From: Dehalococcoidia bacterium
GTDB lineage: Bacteria; Chloroflexota; Dehalococcoidia; Lucifugimonadales; G965248475
Reading direction: 5' to 3'
Assembly (NCBI GenBank): GCA_965248475.1
Contig: OZ252106.1
Span: forward strand, 1,337,365-1,401,364
Length of the DNA stretch: 64,000 bases
A model generated the notes under the pieces. The model was not told the DNA's origin. It did no database searches and saw nothing but the letters and a program-made list of their open reading frames with translations. The translations under genes and the position numbers were made by a program. Of this stretch, positions 10,109-18,811 are shown one piece after another (within the stretch, counting starts at the first letter, position 1; each line of letters begins with the position of its first letter).

Positions 10109-10612
10109 TTAGAGGGCGGTGATGAGGCCGCGCTCCTTGAGGCTGACCGCCTTGTCCCCGCCGATGACCAGGTGGTCCAGTAGCTCGATTCCCAGGAGCT
10201 TGCCCGCCTCGATCAGCTTCTTGGTCAGGGCCACGTCAGCCAGGCTCGGTTCGGGGTCGTTCGAGGGATGGTTGTGGATCACGATGATCTTGGGCACCGC
10301 CTCCATGACAGCGGGCCGGAACACCTCTGCCGGTCTGACGGTGATGGAGCTCACGTCCCCCTGGTAGATCACCCGCTGGCCCACGATCCGGGTCTTTGTG
10401 TCCAGCAGGAGGACCCGGAACTGCTCCTGGGCGAGGTGGGCCATCTCCGGGGCTAGCAGCAGCCGCACCGCCTCGGGCGAATAGACCGTCGGAGGGTCGG
10501 CGGGGCGCGGTGGATGGGTCTCCACCCCGTAGCGCACGGCCAGCTCCCCCAGGATGCTGACGTTGCGCCGGAGGGTCTCTAGCAGTGTGTCGTTGTGCTG
10601 TGCATTGGTCAT
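10109..10612 (-). CDS. radC: RadC/JAB-domain protein
   Basis: QEQFRVLLLD, IHNHPSNDPEPSLAD, LLDHLVIG. Confidence 0.92.
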   Translation of the reverse strand: MTNAQHNDTLLETLRRNVSILGELAVRYGVETHPPRPADPPTVYSPEAVRLLLAPEMAHLAQEQFRVLLLDTKTRIVGQRVIYQGDVSSITVRPAEVFRPAVMEAVPKIIVIHNHPSNDPEPSLADVALTKKLIEAGKLLGIELLDHLVIGGDKAVSLKERGLITAL

Positions 10613-10723
10613 AGGAACCTCCCCTAGATGTGGATGGTCTGAAACGAGAAGCGGGGCCGCCCCGAAGATGGGAGCGGCCCCGTGGAGCGCCCGTGTTAGT
10701 GGGCGGCGGCAGGCGTTTCTGGC

Positions 10724-11119
10724 CTAGAAGGGTGACTTGGCCTTCACCGGCTCCTCGGCGCTGGCAACTGCGGACTCTTCCTCGGAGCTACTCCCGTTGC
10801 GGGAGTCGAGGAATACCACCTCGGAGGCGTGAATCTCGGTGCGGTGCCTGCGCTGGCCGTCCTCGGTTTCATACGAGTTCTGCACCAGCTTGCCTGCGAC
10901 GTACAGCCGGTCCCCTTTGGCGACATACTGGTTGACAGCCTCGCCAAGCTTGGCCCAGCAGGTAATTGAGTGCCAGTCCGCCTCGACGCTCCCGTCCTGG
11001 CGGTGACGGTCGGTGGCCAGTCTGAACTGGGTGATGGCGGTGCCGCTCTGGGTGTATTTCATTTCGGGGTCTGCTCCGACCCTTCCCAGTAGCTCTACCT
11101 TGTTGATTGTGCGTGCCAT
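10724..11119 (-). CDS. ssb: Single-stranded DNA-binding protein
   Basis: INKVELLGRVGADPE, KGDRLYVAGKL, C-terminal PF. Confidence 0.95.
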   Translation of the reverse strand: MARTINKVELLGRVGADPEMKYTQSGTAITQFRLATDRHRQDGSVEADWHSITCWAKLGEAVNQYVAKGDRLYVAGKLVQNSYETEDGQRRHRTEIHASEVVFLDSRNGSSSEEESAVASAEEPVKAKSPF

Positions 11120-11233
11120 GTCGTTTCTCCTTTGTGTGTGTAGTAGTGCGGCGTTGCCGCACTCGAATGGAAATGCAGCGCCGTCCCCTTCCGAAGGGAA
11201 CGGCCTTGTCCATGCGCTCCCGTTACGGAGCGT

Positions 11234-12292
11234 CTAGCTCACCCGCACGTACTGGGACACGGCCTCCGTCACAATGTCGGCGCGGGTATCCGGGTCCAGC
11301 AGAGCGTTCAGCTTGCGGTAGTCGACCGAGAAGCGCCTGGTCTTGACCAGACTCACCGCCCTTCCCTCGACGCTTGCTTTGGTCATACCCCGCTGCCGCA
11401 TCCACGCCTTGAGGGTATCCAGCGTCCGGCGTTTCGCCTGCTCCGGCTCCCTCAAGGCTTCCTGCGCTTCCAGGTATGCCCGCACCGCCTCCCGGGCCTC
11501 CTCCGCGCTCACCTCCCTTCCTTCGTTCTCAGACCCCTCGTCCGTGTCTCCTTCAACCTCGGCTGTGCCGGGCTTGCACGTGTTCAGGAACGGGCAGCTC
11601 CGGCACTGCCAGCTACCGGCGCGGAAGTCCCGCTCCGGCAGCTCGTCCGGGTCCTGTCTGTGGGTGGCGTAGTGGTCGGCCAGCTCGCCGAGCCGGAATG
11701 TAACGGCCTCCATCGCGTCTTCCACGCGTTCGGCGGGGATCGTCTCCGCATCCCAGGCTCGGCTGCCGGTGTCCATCGTGGCTATCACCACGTCGCGGGC
11801 TTCGCCGTACATCCCGTAGGTGTAAAGGGCGGCCTGGGCCACCGACTCTGGGTGACTCCGCTCGGCCCCCAATGTCTGCCACCGCTTGTAGGCTTCCGGC
11901 CCCCTGGTCTTGACCTCGACGATCACCTCCGGCCCTCCGAAGAAGGGCAGGGCGGCGGTGGCATCGGGGTGGCCGGTAACGCGGAGGTTGGGGGTGATCT
12001 GGACCGTCACCTCCCTGGGGTTGTTGGGGTCCACCGGGATCACGTCCCAGCTCGCCCGCTCCATCGCTCGCAGCACCACCTGCTCAAGGGCCTGCCCCGC
12101 CTCCATGACGGTCAGGGACTCGTCGCTGGGTGGGTTTGTGGGCTGCCATTCCGTGGCGGCGTACCACAGGGCGCGGCGGCAGCTGCTGGTGGCCGATGCC
12201 CGCACCACCAGCGCCCCATCGCCGTCGAAATGGGCTGCCGGTCGTGAGTAGACCTCCGACCGGTCGTTGGTCAGGTCTTCGTTCTGGCTCAT
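11234..12292 (-). CDS. Cas4/AddB-like PD-(D/E)XK exonuclease with Fe-S staple
   Basis: SSCRRALWY, GHPD..VEVKT, QAALY, CRSCPFLNTC; start placed at MSQNE after the AAAGGAG RBS. Confidence 0.8.
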   Translation of the reverse strand: MSQNEDLTNDRSEVYSRPAAHFDGDGALVVRASATSSCRRALWYAATEWQPTNPPSDESLTVMEAGQALEQVVLRAMERASWDVIPVDPNNPREVTVQITPNLRVTGHPDATAALPFFGGPEVIVEVKTRGPEAYKRWQTLGAERSHPESVAQAALYTYGMYGEARDVVIATMDTGSRAWDAETIPAERVEDAMEAVTFRLGELADHYATHRQDPDELPERDFRAGSWQCRSCPFLNTCKPGTAEVEGDTDEGSENEGREVSAEEAREAVRAYLEAQEALREPEQAKRRTLDTLKAWMRQRGMTKASVEGRAVSLVKTRRFSVDYRKLNALLDPDTRADIVTEAVSQYVRVS

Positions 12293-12384
12293 GGTCTTTT
12301 CTCCTTTGCTCCTGGAAATGAAGAGCGGAGCCGCCCCCGTAGAGACAGCCCCGCCTTTGCGCAACGCTCGGTTGTCTGTGCAGC

Positions 12385-12795
12385 TCATGCGGCTGCCTTA
12401 GCTTCGGTTCCTTCCCCCTCTCCTCTCAGCTTCTCCTCTCTCTCCTGTAGGAAGCCCCGCAGGATGTGGGCGATGGCGTCTCCTAAACCGAGCACTCATA
12501 CGCTCGACCCATCGCTCAACTGATTGGCGAAGGGCTGCATCTCAGCTATGCCCTGGCACTGGTCCACGATCTCGGCGACGGGCGTGCCCCTCCGCAAGTG
12601 CAGCGAGACGAGGCGGCAGACCGCCTCCGTCACCCCGGAGGTGAACGATCCCGCCTTGCCGATAGAGCCAAAGACCTCGAAGGGCTCGCCCTCCTCGTCC
12701 AGGGACACCGTGACGTACAAGTTGCCATGCTCGGTCTTGAGCTTGGTCGTACTGCTAGGCAGCGTCCGGGGCCTGGGCCATGTCGCCGGGGTCAT
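12385..12795 (-). pseudogene. Stand-alone TSCPD (class II RNR C-terminal) domain with in-frame TGA at 12496-12498
   Basis: RPRTLPSSTTKLKTEHGNLYVTV..PFEVF..GKAG; frame continues past TGA as VLGLGDAIAHIL to TGA at 12385. Confidence 0.7.
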
Positions 12796-13112
12796 GGCCC
12801 CTCCCCCTTCTCAAGGAGATAGGGAAGGGCTGGGGCGTAGCGGTCGAAGAATTTGGCGACCTTGAGGGCACACTCCCGGTCCCTCTTGTCGCCGATGCCC
12901 AGCAGCGTCTGGACGATGACCTCTTCACAGTCCTCTTCGGCGAAGGCCGGGGTCAGCAGCGTCTCTTGGACGGCAGGGGGAAGGGAGTCCCACCGCTCCC
13001 GGCTCAGCTTCAGCCCGCCGTGACTGGCCGTTTCGATCCGCACCACGCCCTCGGCCAGCGCCACGACGTCCTGGGGAGGTCCCCACGGGGTATACATAGT
13101 GTTCACTTTCAT
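12792..13112 (-). CDS. Mobile-element hypothetical protein (DUF7007-like)
   Basis: TPWG, TASHGG, EEDCE motifs. Confidence 0.65.
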   Translation of the reverse strand: MKVNTMYTPWGPPQDVVALAEGVVRIETASHGGLKLSRERWDSLPPAVQETLLTPAFAEEDCEEVIVQTLLGIGDKRDRECALKVAKFFDRYAPALPYLLEKGEGP

Positions 13113-13205
13113 GTCGTCTTCCTTTCTGTCCTGTAGGTGAAGGGCGGGGAAGCCTCTGAGGAGACCGCCCCGCTCCATCGCGTATGTCTTGGTTGTCTAG
13201 GCCGC

Positions 13206-13493
13206 TCACCCTGAGTCAGGCCCAGGCGGTTTGCAATGGGGGCACCAGACGCCCTGGTGTCCGATCCGACTCTGAATCTCCGGGACGTACTCGGTGTGTA
13301 CCCGCTCGAAGAGGTCGTGGGCCTGCCGGATAACCCGGAGCGCGGAGGGACTGTTCTGCGGTACAGTGAAGGCGTGGCTCACCTGCTCAATCGCCTCTTG
13401 GAAACGGGCGTTGCCGATGTGGTCCATCTGGAGCCACACCTCCGCAAGGCGCTCCTCCACCCAGTCGATGAGGGAAAGGCTCGTCGTCGTCAT
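13206..13493 (-). CDS. Hypothetical protein
   Basis: AAAGGAG RBS, operon position, C-terminal CPHC. Confidence 0.55.
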   Translation of the reverse strand: MTTTSLSLIDWVEERLAEVWLQMDHIGNARFQEAIEQVSHAFTVPQNSPSALRVIRQAHDLFERVHTEYVPEIQSRIGHQGVWCPHCKPPGPDSG

Positions 13494-13596
13494 CGGTTGT
13501 CTCCTTTCTATGTGTTGCTCAATTGGCCAAATGAAAACGGGGCTGCCCCGGTGTGGAGACAGCCCCGTTACGTGGGCTCGCTATGGCGCGTTGGGC

Positions 13597-14349
13597 TCAT
13601 GCCGCTTCCGCCACCTCTGCTTCCCGCGTCTGCTGGAGCTTCCGGGTCGCCCCTTGCACCAGCGGCGTCAGCTCCGATGCCGATACCGCCTCAAGGTTCT
13701 TGCCCGTCTTGCCCTTGACCGCAGCCCGCACCTGCTTCTCGTCGAACCCCTGCATCGCCCCCAGGTCGATCAGCGTCGCCCGCAGCGACGGAGCAAGGGA
13801 GTCGGCTGCGCTTTCCTGCTTCGCCGGTTGCCCGGTGGCCGCCTGGTCCCCGTAGAGGCAATTCCCGAACTGGTCTCCGAAGCTGCGCAGGGCGCGTTTG
13901 AGACCGTCGGTAACCGACCCTTTGCAGGCTGTGTCGTGACCCTCCGCCGTCTCCTCCGCCACGGCGTGGAACCCGATGTCCGTGCGGGGCGGAGCGCCGG
14001 GGACGGTGACCCGCACGGGAGCGCTGTAGGCGCGGATTCGGCTCACCTCCCCGGTCTTGGGGTCGACCTGCTCGATCTCTCGCAGGGTCACGTCGCCCAC
14101 CACTTCATATCCCCAGCCGCCGCGACCAAATATCTCGTTCGCCTGGTCGATGACGGTGTGTCCCTCGATGTACTGGTATGTGCGCCCGGCCCGTCCCTTG
14201 CGCTGGGACACCAGGCTCGGGTCGAGGGGCTTCTCCAGCTCGCTCACCACCCTTGGGGACAGGCTGTCCCAGAGCAGGTCGTGCTCCGGAGTGATGGCAG
14301 CGTCCGGGTGGACGCCGTTGCTTCCGTTCTTTGTCGCTGCGTTCGTCAT
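13597..14349 (-). CDS. Rad52/Rad22-family single-strand annealing protein
   Basis: SQRKG..YQYIEGHTVIDQANEIFG..GW; KGSVTDGLKRALRSFGDQFGNCLY. Confidence 0.92.
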   Translation of the reverse strand: MTNAATKNGSNGVHPDAAITPEHDLLWDSLSPRVVSELEKPLDPSLVSQRKGRAGRTYQYIEGHTVIDQANEIFGRGGWGYEVVGDVTLREIEQVDPKTGEVSRIRAYSAPVRVTVPGAPPRTDIGFHAVAEETAEGHDTACKGSVTDGLKRALRSFGDQFGNCLYGDQAATGQPAKQESAADSLAPSLRATLIDLGAMQGFDEKQVRAAVKGKTGKNLEAVSASELTPLVQGATRKLQQTREAEVAEAA

Positions 14350-14508
14350 TGTGCTTCTCCTTCGTGATGTCTGTGATGTGCTGACTGCTCTTTCTCTAGT
14401 CGGTGCGGGTTTCCCCTATGGGAAGCCCGTAGGCGGGGCAAGCCCCGTCATTCATTGGGCATAGCGCCTCCTTGGGTAATGCTGTGTGGATGTGGAAGGG
14501 GGACTGTG

Positions 14509-15567
14509 CTACCTAGCGGTGCGGGCCGCCCTGGCAAGCAAGCCCAGGAAGATCGCCCGCCCGTGGGGATGCGTGGCAAGCTCCGCCACGTCCGTGACCC
14601 CTTCAAGCAAGCGCACCGTGGCGGCCCGCCGTCCAAGCAAGCTCTCAAGCCGCTCGGCGGCCTCGCGGCCGGCATCGTCTGAGTCGAAGGCGAGGAACAC
14701 GCGGGGGAAGGCAAGCAAGCTACCTGCCACCCGCTCCATGCCCTGGGTCCCCAGGGCTGCGCAGGCGGGGAGGCCCCACTGCTCAAGGGCAAGCCAGTCG
14801 AACACCCCTTCAGTAAGGACCACCCAAGACGGCGCAAGGCCAAGCCGCCCAAGTCCAAGCACCGGCTTGGGTCCGGGCAGCGCCTGAAACCTCGGCGTCC
14901 GCTCCGGGTCAATGGCCCGGCCCACAAGCCAGCGGACGCGGCCCGAGGCCAGGTCGGGAACCACCACCATCCCTGCGAACCGCTCGCCCCGCTCGGTGAA
15001 CAGGCCCGACGCCCGTATCCGCTCGCCGCCGAATCCGGCGGCGCCAAGGTACTGGCGCAGCCCGTCCCCCGGCGCGTAGCCAAGACCCAGGCGGCAGGCG
15101 GTATCGAAGCTGATGCCCCTGGAGCCCAGATACTCACGCGCCTCACTGCTGCGCAGCATGGACCGGAGGTAGAACCTCGTTGCCGCCGACAGCGCCGCCG
15201 GGTCCCGCTGGGGAACCACGGGAGCAGCGGTACGCCGTGGCGCGGCCTGTGTCCTCGACCGGACGGCTGGGCTGGGAGCCAGCCCAGTCCCACCACCCAG
15301 CCTCTGTATCGCCTCGGGCAGGGTGAGGCCCTCGGCCCGCTGGATAAAGTCCAGCACGTCCCCACCAACTCCACAGCCGAAGCAGTAAAACCTGGACGCG
15401 TCGGCGTACACCGTAAAGCTGCCTTCCGACTCCTGGTGGAAGGGGCAGACGCCCTGACGGACGCGGCCCCTTCCCCTCAGCTGCACGCCCGCAGCCTCCA
15501 CCACGTCGGCCAGGGAATGGCGGCTCTTGAGCGCCGCCAGGTCAACCTGTGTGTTGGCTACGACCAT
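14509..15567 (-). CDS. DnaG-like primase (CHC2 Zn finger + TOPRIM)
   Basis: CPFHQE..FYCFGCG; LTEGVFD; FDSDDAG. Confidence 0.88.
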   Translation of the reverse strand: MVVANTQVDLAALKSRHSLADVVEAAGVQLRGRGRVRQGVCPFHQESEGSFTVYADASRFYCFGCGVGGDVLDFIQRAEGLTLPEAIQRLGGGTGLAPSPAVRSRTQAAPRRTAAPVVPQRDPAALSAATRFYLRSMLRSSEAREYLGSRGISFDTACRLGLGYAPGDGLRQYLGAAGFGGERIRASGLFTERGERFAGMVVVPDLASGRVRWLVGRAIDPERTPRFQALPGPKPVLGLGRLGLAPSWVVLTEGVFDWLALEQWGLPACAALGTQGMERVAGSLLAFPRVFLAFDSDDAGREAAERLESLLGRRAATVRLLEGVTDVAELATHPHGRAIFLGLLARAARTAR

Positions 15568-16025
15568 GACCCACCTCCTTTCAGGGGCTTCAGGCCCCGC
15601 AGGCTCCTCGCGGAGACCACCTTGCCCGGCTGCCACCCCATCCCCAGCACAGCCAGGACTTTCACGGTCCCGTCGCCGTGGGGAGCGAGCGCCGCAGCTC
15701 TGCCAGCGCCCTGGCTGTACACCAGGGTCTCGCTTTGCCCGAACCGTCGTCGCACCAGGTCCTGCCACTCGGCGAAGGCCCAACGCGCCTCGCGCACATC
15801 CGCCGTGGCGGTGTCCAGGTCGGCTATGAGCGTCAACGCACCGTCGAGGTTCCCCGCCTTCCGCAGCCGCCGTGCGTCGTGGACCCTCCGGGCCACGGTC
15901 TCCTGGGGCTGCTCACGGTTGCTGGCAAAGAGGGCATCCATCACCCGGTCCACCAGCTCCTCCAGACTGCGCCTGGGCCTTTCACCCACTACCATCGTTC
16001 CGTAATTCATCACTGCCGTTGTCAT
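15558..16025 (-). CDS. Hypothetical protein
   Basis: GGAGG RBS, overlaps neighbouring start/stop codons. Confidence 0.6.
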   Translation of the reverse strand: MTTAVMNYGTMVVGERPRRSLEELVDRVMDALFASNREQPQETVARRVHDARRLRKAGNLDGALTLIADLDTATADVREARWAFAEWQDLVRRRFGQSETLVYSQGAGRAAALAPHGDGTVKVLAVLGMGWQPGKVVSARSLRGLKPLKGGGSWS

Positions 16026-16294
16026 CGTGACCTCCTTTCTACTTTCGATTGCCGTAGTGCTTGTATCGCCTGTTTCCTGTTCCTTGCGCCCATGAACCGC
16101 CGGAGCATCAGCGCCCCGCATCCAAGGGCCAGAGCGTTGACGGTGAAGGCGTCAACGCCTGAACCGGTCAACAGGGGCGTTACCAGGAGCAACGCCACGC
16201 CTGCCGCCAGCGTCCTCCGCTTGTGCCGCCGCATGGCTCTTGCGGTCCCGGCGACGGCGGCCAGGACCCGTGGAACCCGTTCCTTGATGTGCAT
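16022..16294 (-). CDS. Small two-TM membrane protein, first gene of the minus-strand operon
   Basis: AAGGAGG RBS before MHIKER; two hydrophobic stretches. Confidence 0.6.
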   Translation of the reverse strand: MHIKERVPRVLAAVAGTARAMRRHKRRTLAAGVALLLVTPLLTGSGVDAFTVNALALGCGALMLRRFMGARNRKQAIQALRQSKVERRSR

Positions 16295-16364
16295 GCGCAC
16301 CTCCTTCTGTGTTGCCCGCACCGGCATCCGTGGCGCGGGTCTTCGCTACTGGGTTGACTGTCGA

Positions 16365-16672
16365 TGGACACACTCCGCCCACGGTGGGATGCCTCACGTG
16401 AACGGAGTGTGGTTGTGAAGAAGACGCAGCTCGGCCAGGGTCTCTTCGTCGCAACGCGAGTTCTGGGGAGCTACGAAGACGCGGCGCGGCTGCCCTACGA
16501 CGTGGTCACAGAACAGACGCGGGTGTAAAAGGGCACAGCTCGACCAGGGTCAATATGGCGTACCGACTCTGGGGAAGCTGCGGTGACGCGAAGCGGCCAG
16601 CCTGCGATGCAAATGGCAGACCGGCGCGTGTCGAAGCTGCGGCCTAGCTGTCTGAAGAGCTATGCCGCAGGC
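16365..16672 (-). ncRNA. Candidate structured 5' leader RNA with ~109-nt tandem hairpin units
   Basis: CAGCTCGRCCAGGGTC..CTGGGG(A)AGCTRCG at 16427 and 16536; shorter related hairpin at 16645; G.U pairs favour the minus strand. Confidence 0.5.
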
Positions 16673-16980
16673 ATGGGGGGACGGTCAGAGGGCATGGGGC
16701 ACTCCAACCGTCGTATCGAAAGGTCGAAACGCAGGACGCACTCCGGCCTTTGTGGAAACATCCCTCTTGGGCGACCGTTGGGAGAGCATGGCTCGATCCC
16801 TCTGGTACATCCCGGGCTCAGGGAAAGGACCCCCAGGTTTCTATGGCAAAGAAACACTGGAAAAACCTGATAACAATCTCAGTATTACGCCCCATTGCCC
16901 CTTTGGCAATACTTTCGGGGCCTTACCACCCACATCACTTGCACTCATGCAGCAAACATGGCGCGGAGATGACGCAGCGC

Positions 16981-17808
16981 CTACTTCCACCACAGTCCCA
17001 CGGTGAAGAACCGCCGCACCCACCTGAGCCGCTCCCTCCTGGTCCGCGCCCACCGGGTGTCGCTCAGGGCCGCTTCTATCGAGCGTCGCTGCCCGTTCCT
17101 CCACACCCCCGCGAGCGGCTGGGTCTCGGGCGGCAGGGTCAGCCCGTGCTCCTCGGCCATAGCCAGCTCCAGATTCAGGATGCGCTCCTCCGTCACCAGC
17201 CACGACAGGCTCCTGCCGTCGTTGGGATGGCCTTCCCTAAGCCTTCGCCACTCCTCGACCAGCGGCCACGCCGCGCCATAGACCTCCTCGTCGTCTGGCG
17301 CAGGTTCACGGGTCACCAGCTCGGGATACTTCCGCCGAAACGTGGTATTACCAACCGGCTTGCGAACCGCATTAGCCCCGCTCCCCGACCCCTGCCCGGC
17401 CCAGACCTCAGCCACCCGTCGCTCCAACTGGCGCAGAGCCCTGGTGTGCTCCTCTCCCAGGGCCTTCACCTGGCCCTCGACGAAGGCTCGCACCTTGCCG
17501 AGACTGCTCTTGATCTTCTGTTCCAGGCCCTCCACCCGCCCCTCCAGAGCTGCGATGCGTTCCTGCTGCGCGGCCATAGCTTTGGACTCCCTGGACAGGA
17601 GCAAACGATCCAACGCATGGCTCATGCGCGGCGAAAGGCTGCCGGTCTCCACGGCTCTAGCCAGGGTCTTGTAGTTGACGCCCAGCAGGTCCGCCGCTTC
17701 CATGCGCCCTTTCTCGCGTATCACGTCGAGCAGCAGCGCCATGAGCCGCAACTCGTGCAGGTTCTCCAGGCTCCTCGTCTTTTCCATCGCTACAGCCCTC
17801 TCTTTCAT
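16981..17808 (-). CDS. HTH + coiled-coil protein, possible regulator
   Basis: GRMEAADLLGVNYKTLARA followed by heptad-rich segment. Confidence 0.65.
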   Translation of the reverse strand: MKERAVAMEKTRSLENLHELRLMALLLDVIREKGRMEAADLLGVNYKTLARAVETGSLSPRMSHALDRLLLSRESKAMAAQQERIAALEGRVEGLEQKIKSSLGKVRAFVEGQVKALGEEHTRALRQLERRVAEVWAGQGSGSGANAVRKPVGNTTFRRKYPELVTREPAPDDEEVYGAAWPLVEEWRRLREGHPNDGRSLSWLVTEERILNLELAMAEEHGLTLPPETQPLAGVWRNGQRRSIEAALSDTRWARTRRERLRWVRRFFTVGLWWK

Positions 17809-17823
17809 CGGTCCCTCACTCCC

Positions 17824-18119
17824 ACTTCCGAAAAGGAAACTTCTCCACGACGAAAGGGAAGTCGGCTCACAAATCGGCACTTCCTTTTCGGGAAGTTTCC
17901 CTAGCCCGTCCTGGCACCACCCCCTGGAACCCGCTCTGGACACAAAGTGCTTGCTGAGATGGTCCTGTAGGGGCTGATTTCCCCCTGATTCAGCTTGCTC
18001 AGGACCCCGACTTCCCTTTTTGGAACAAACTCAAATCTCTGTACACGTCCATCACACCACGAAGGCCCCTGGAAACGTCAGGGCTTGAAAGGGAGGGTGA
18101 GCGCGCCCTCCCTTTCAAG
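17824..18119. promoter_or_regulatory. Inverted-repeat-rich divergent control region, candidate oriT
   Basis: Repeated ACTTCC/GGAAGT boxes, 13-bp IR 17853-17865/18007-18019, 16-bp stem 18084-18119. Confidence 0.45.
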
Positions 18120-18194
18120 GGATTATGTCCCGCCCTCCGAGTCGTCAGACTCGATTGAAGGAAAACCTTCCATCAATCCAAAGGAGGTGAAGAG

Positions 18195-18797
18195 TTGGCA
18201 CTGAGATCGACCCTGAAATCCATAAAGGCGATGCGGCTGACGCTCATCGCCGGGGCGCTGCTCCTGGCGGCGCTGGTGGCCACCCCCGCAAGCAACCTGG
18301 CGTTGGCCGCACCCCTACAGCAGAGCGGCGGGTTCACCCTGGTCAACGAGGACGAGGAGTTCATCAAGCGCCACGACGACGGTAGCTTCGAGGCCAAGCC
18401 CATCTTCAGCGCGGACCCCACCTGGGCCGGCTACGGGGTCAAGGACCCGGTGACCGGCGAGTGGCTTACCGCCCTCTACTTCATCCAGGACGACCCCAAG
18501 GAGAAGGACCGGGGCTGGGAGTACGACATCGACTACCCCGAGTACGACGAGCAGCCCGAGCTGGAGCCGGACAGGGCGTACACCCTGGTGCTGTACGTCT
18601 TCCACGAGTATGAGCTCTACGACTTCGAGGTCATCATCCCCGCCCATGAAGGTTCGGGGTTGTGGGACAGGGTGCTGAACGCTCTGAACCCGTCCCGCTG
18701 GGCCAAGGCATTTGCGGGTTGGGTGGTGGAGGGCATCCACGGAATCCTGTGCAGCGTCCTGAGCAAGATCACCGGCTCGGACCCGGCCAACTGCTAG
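18195..18797 (+). CDS. Secreted protein, first gene of the transfer operon
   Basis: Signal peptide ending ALA-AP; acidic body; amphipathic C-terminal helix. Confidence 0.7.
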   Translation: MALRSTLKSIKAMRLTLIAGALLLAALVATPASNLALAAPLQQSGGFTLVNEDEEFIKRHDDGSFEAKPIFSADPTWAGYGVKDPVTGEWLTALYFIQDDPKEKDRGWEYDIDYPEYDEQPELEPDRAYTLVLYVFHEYELYDFEVIIPAHEGSGLWDRVLNALNPSRWAKAFAGWVVEGIHGILCSVLSKITGSDPANC

Positions 18798-18811
18798 GGG
18801 GAATGCAACAC

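Noticed and set aside
11234-12292. CRISPR-associated cas4
   Set aside because: No cas1/cas2 or array; context is a recombination operon
14448-14475. Four-codon ORF MPNE with strong RBS upstream of the Rad52 gene (leader peptide?)
   Set aside because: Too short to support without comparative data; may be a gene remnant
16427-16672. CRISPR, bridge-RNA or TIGR-type guide array
   Set aside because: Only two to three diverged units and no adjacent IS110, Nop-domain or Cas effector recognised; kept as a leader-RNA candidate instead
16700-16790. c-di-GMP-I riboswitch (GAAA..GGACGCA)
   Set aside because: Lacks the GGCAAAC/GCAAAG core and matching P2 stem
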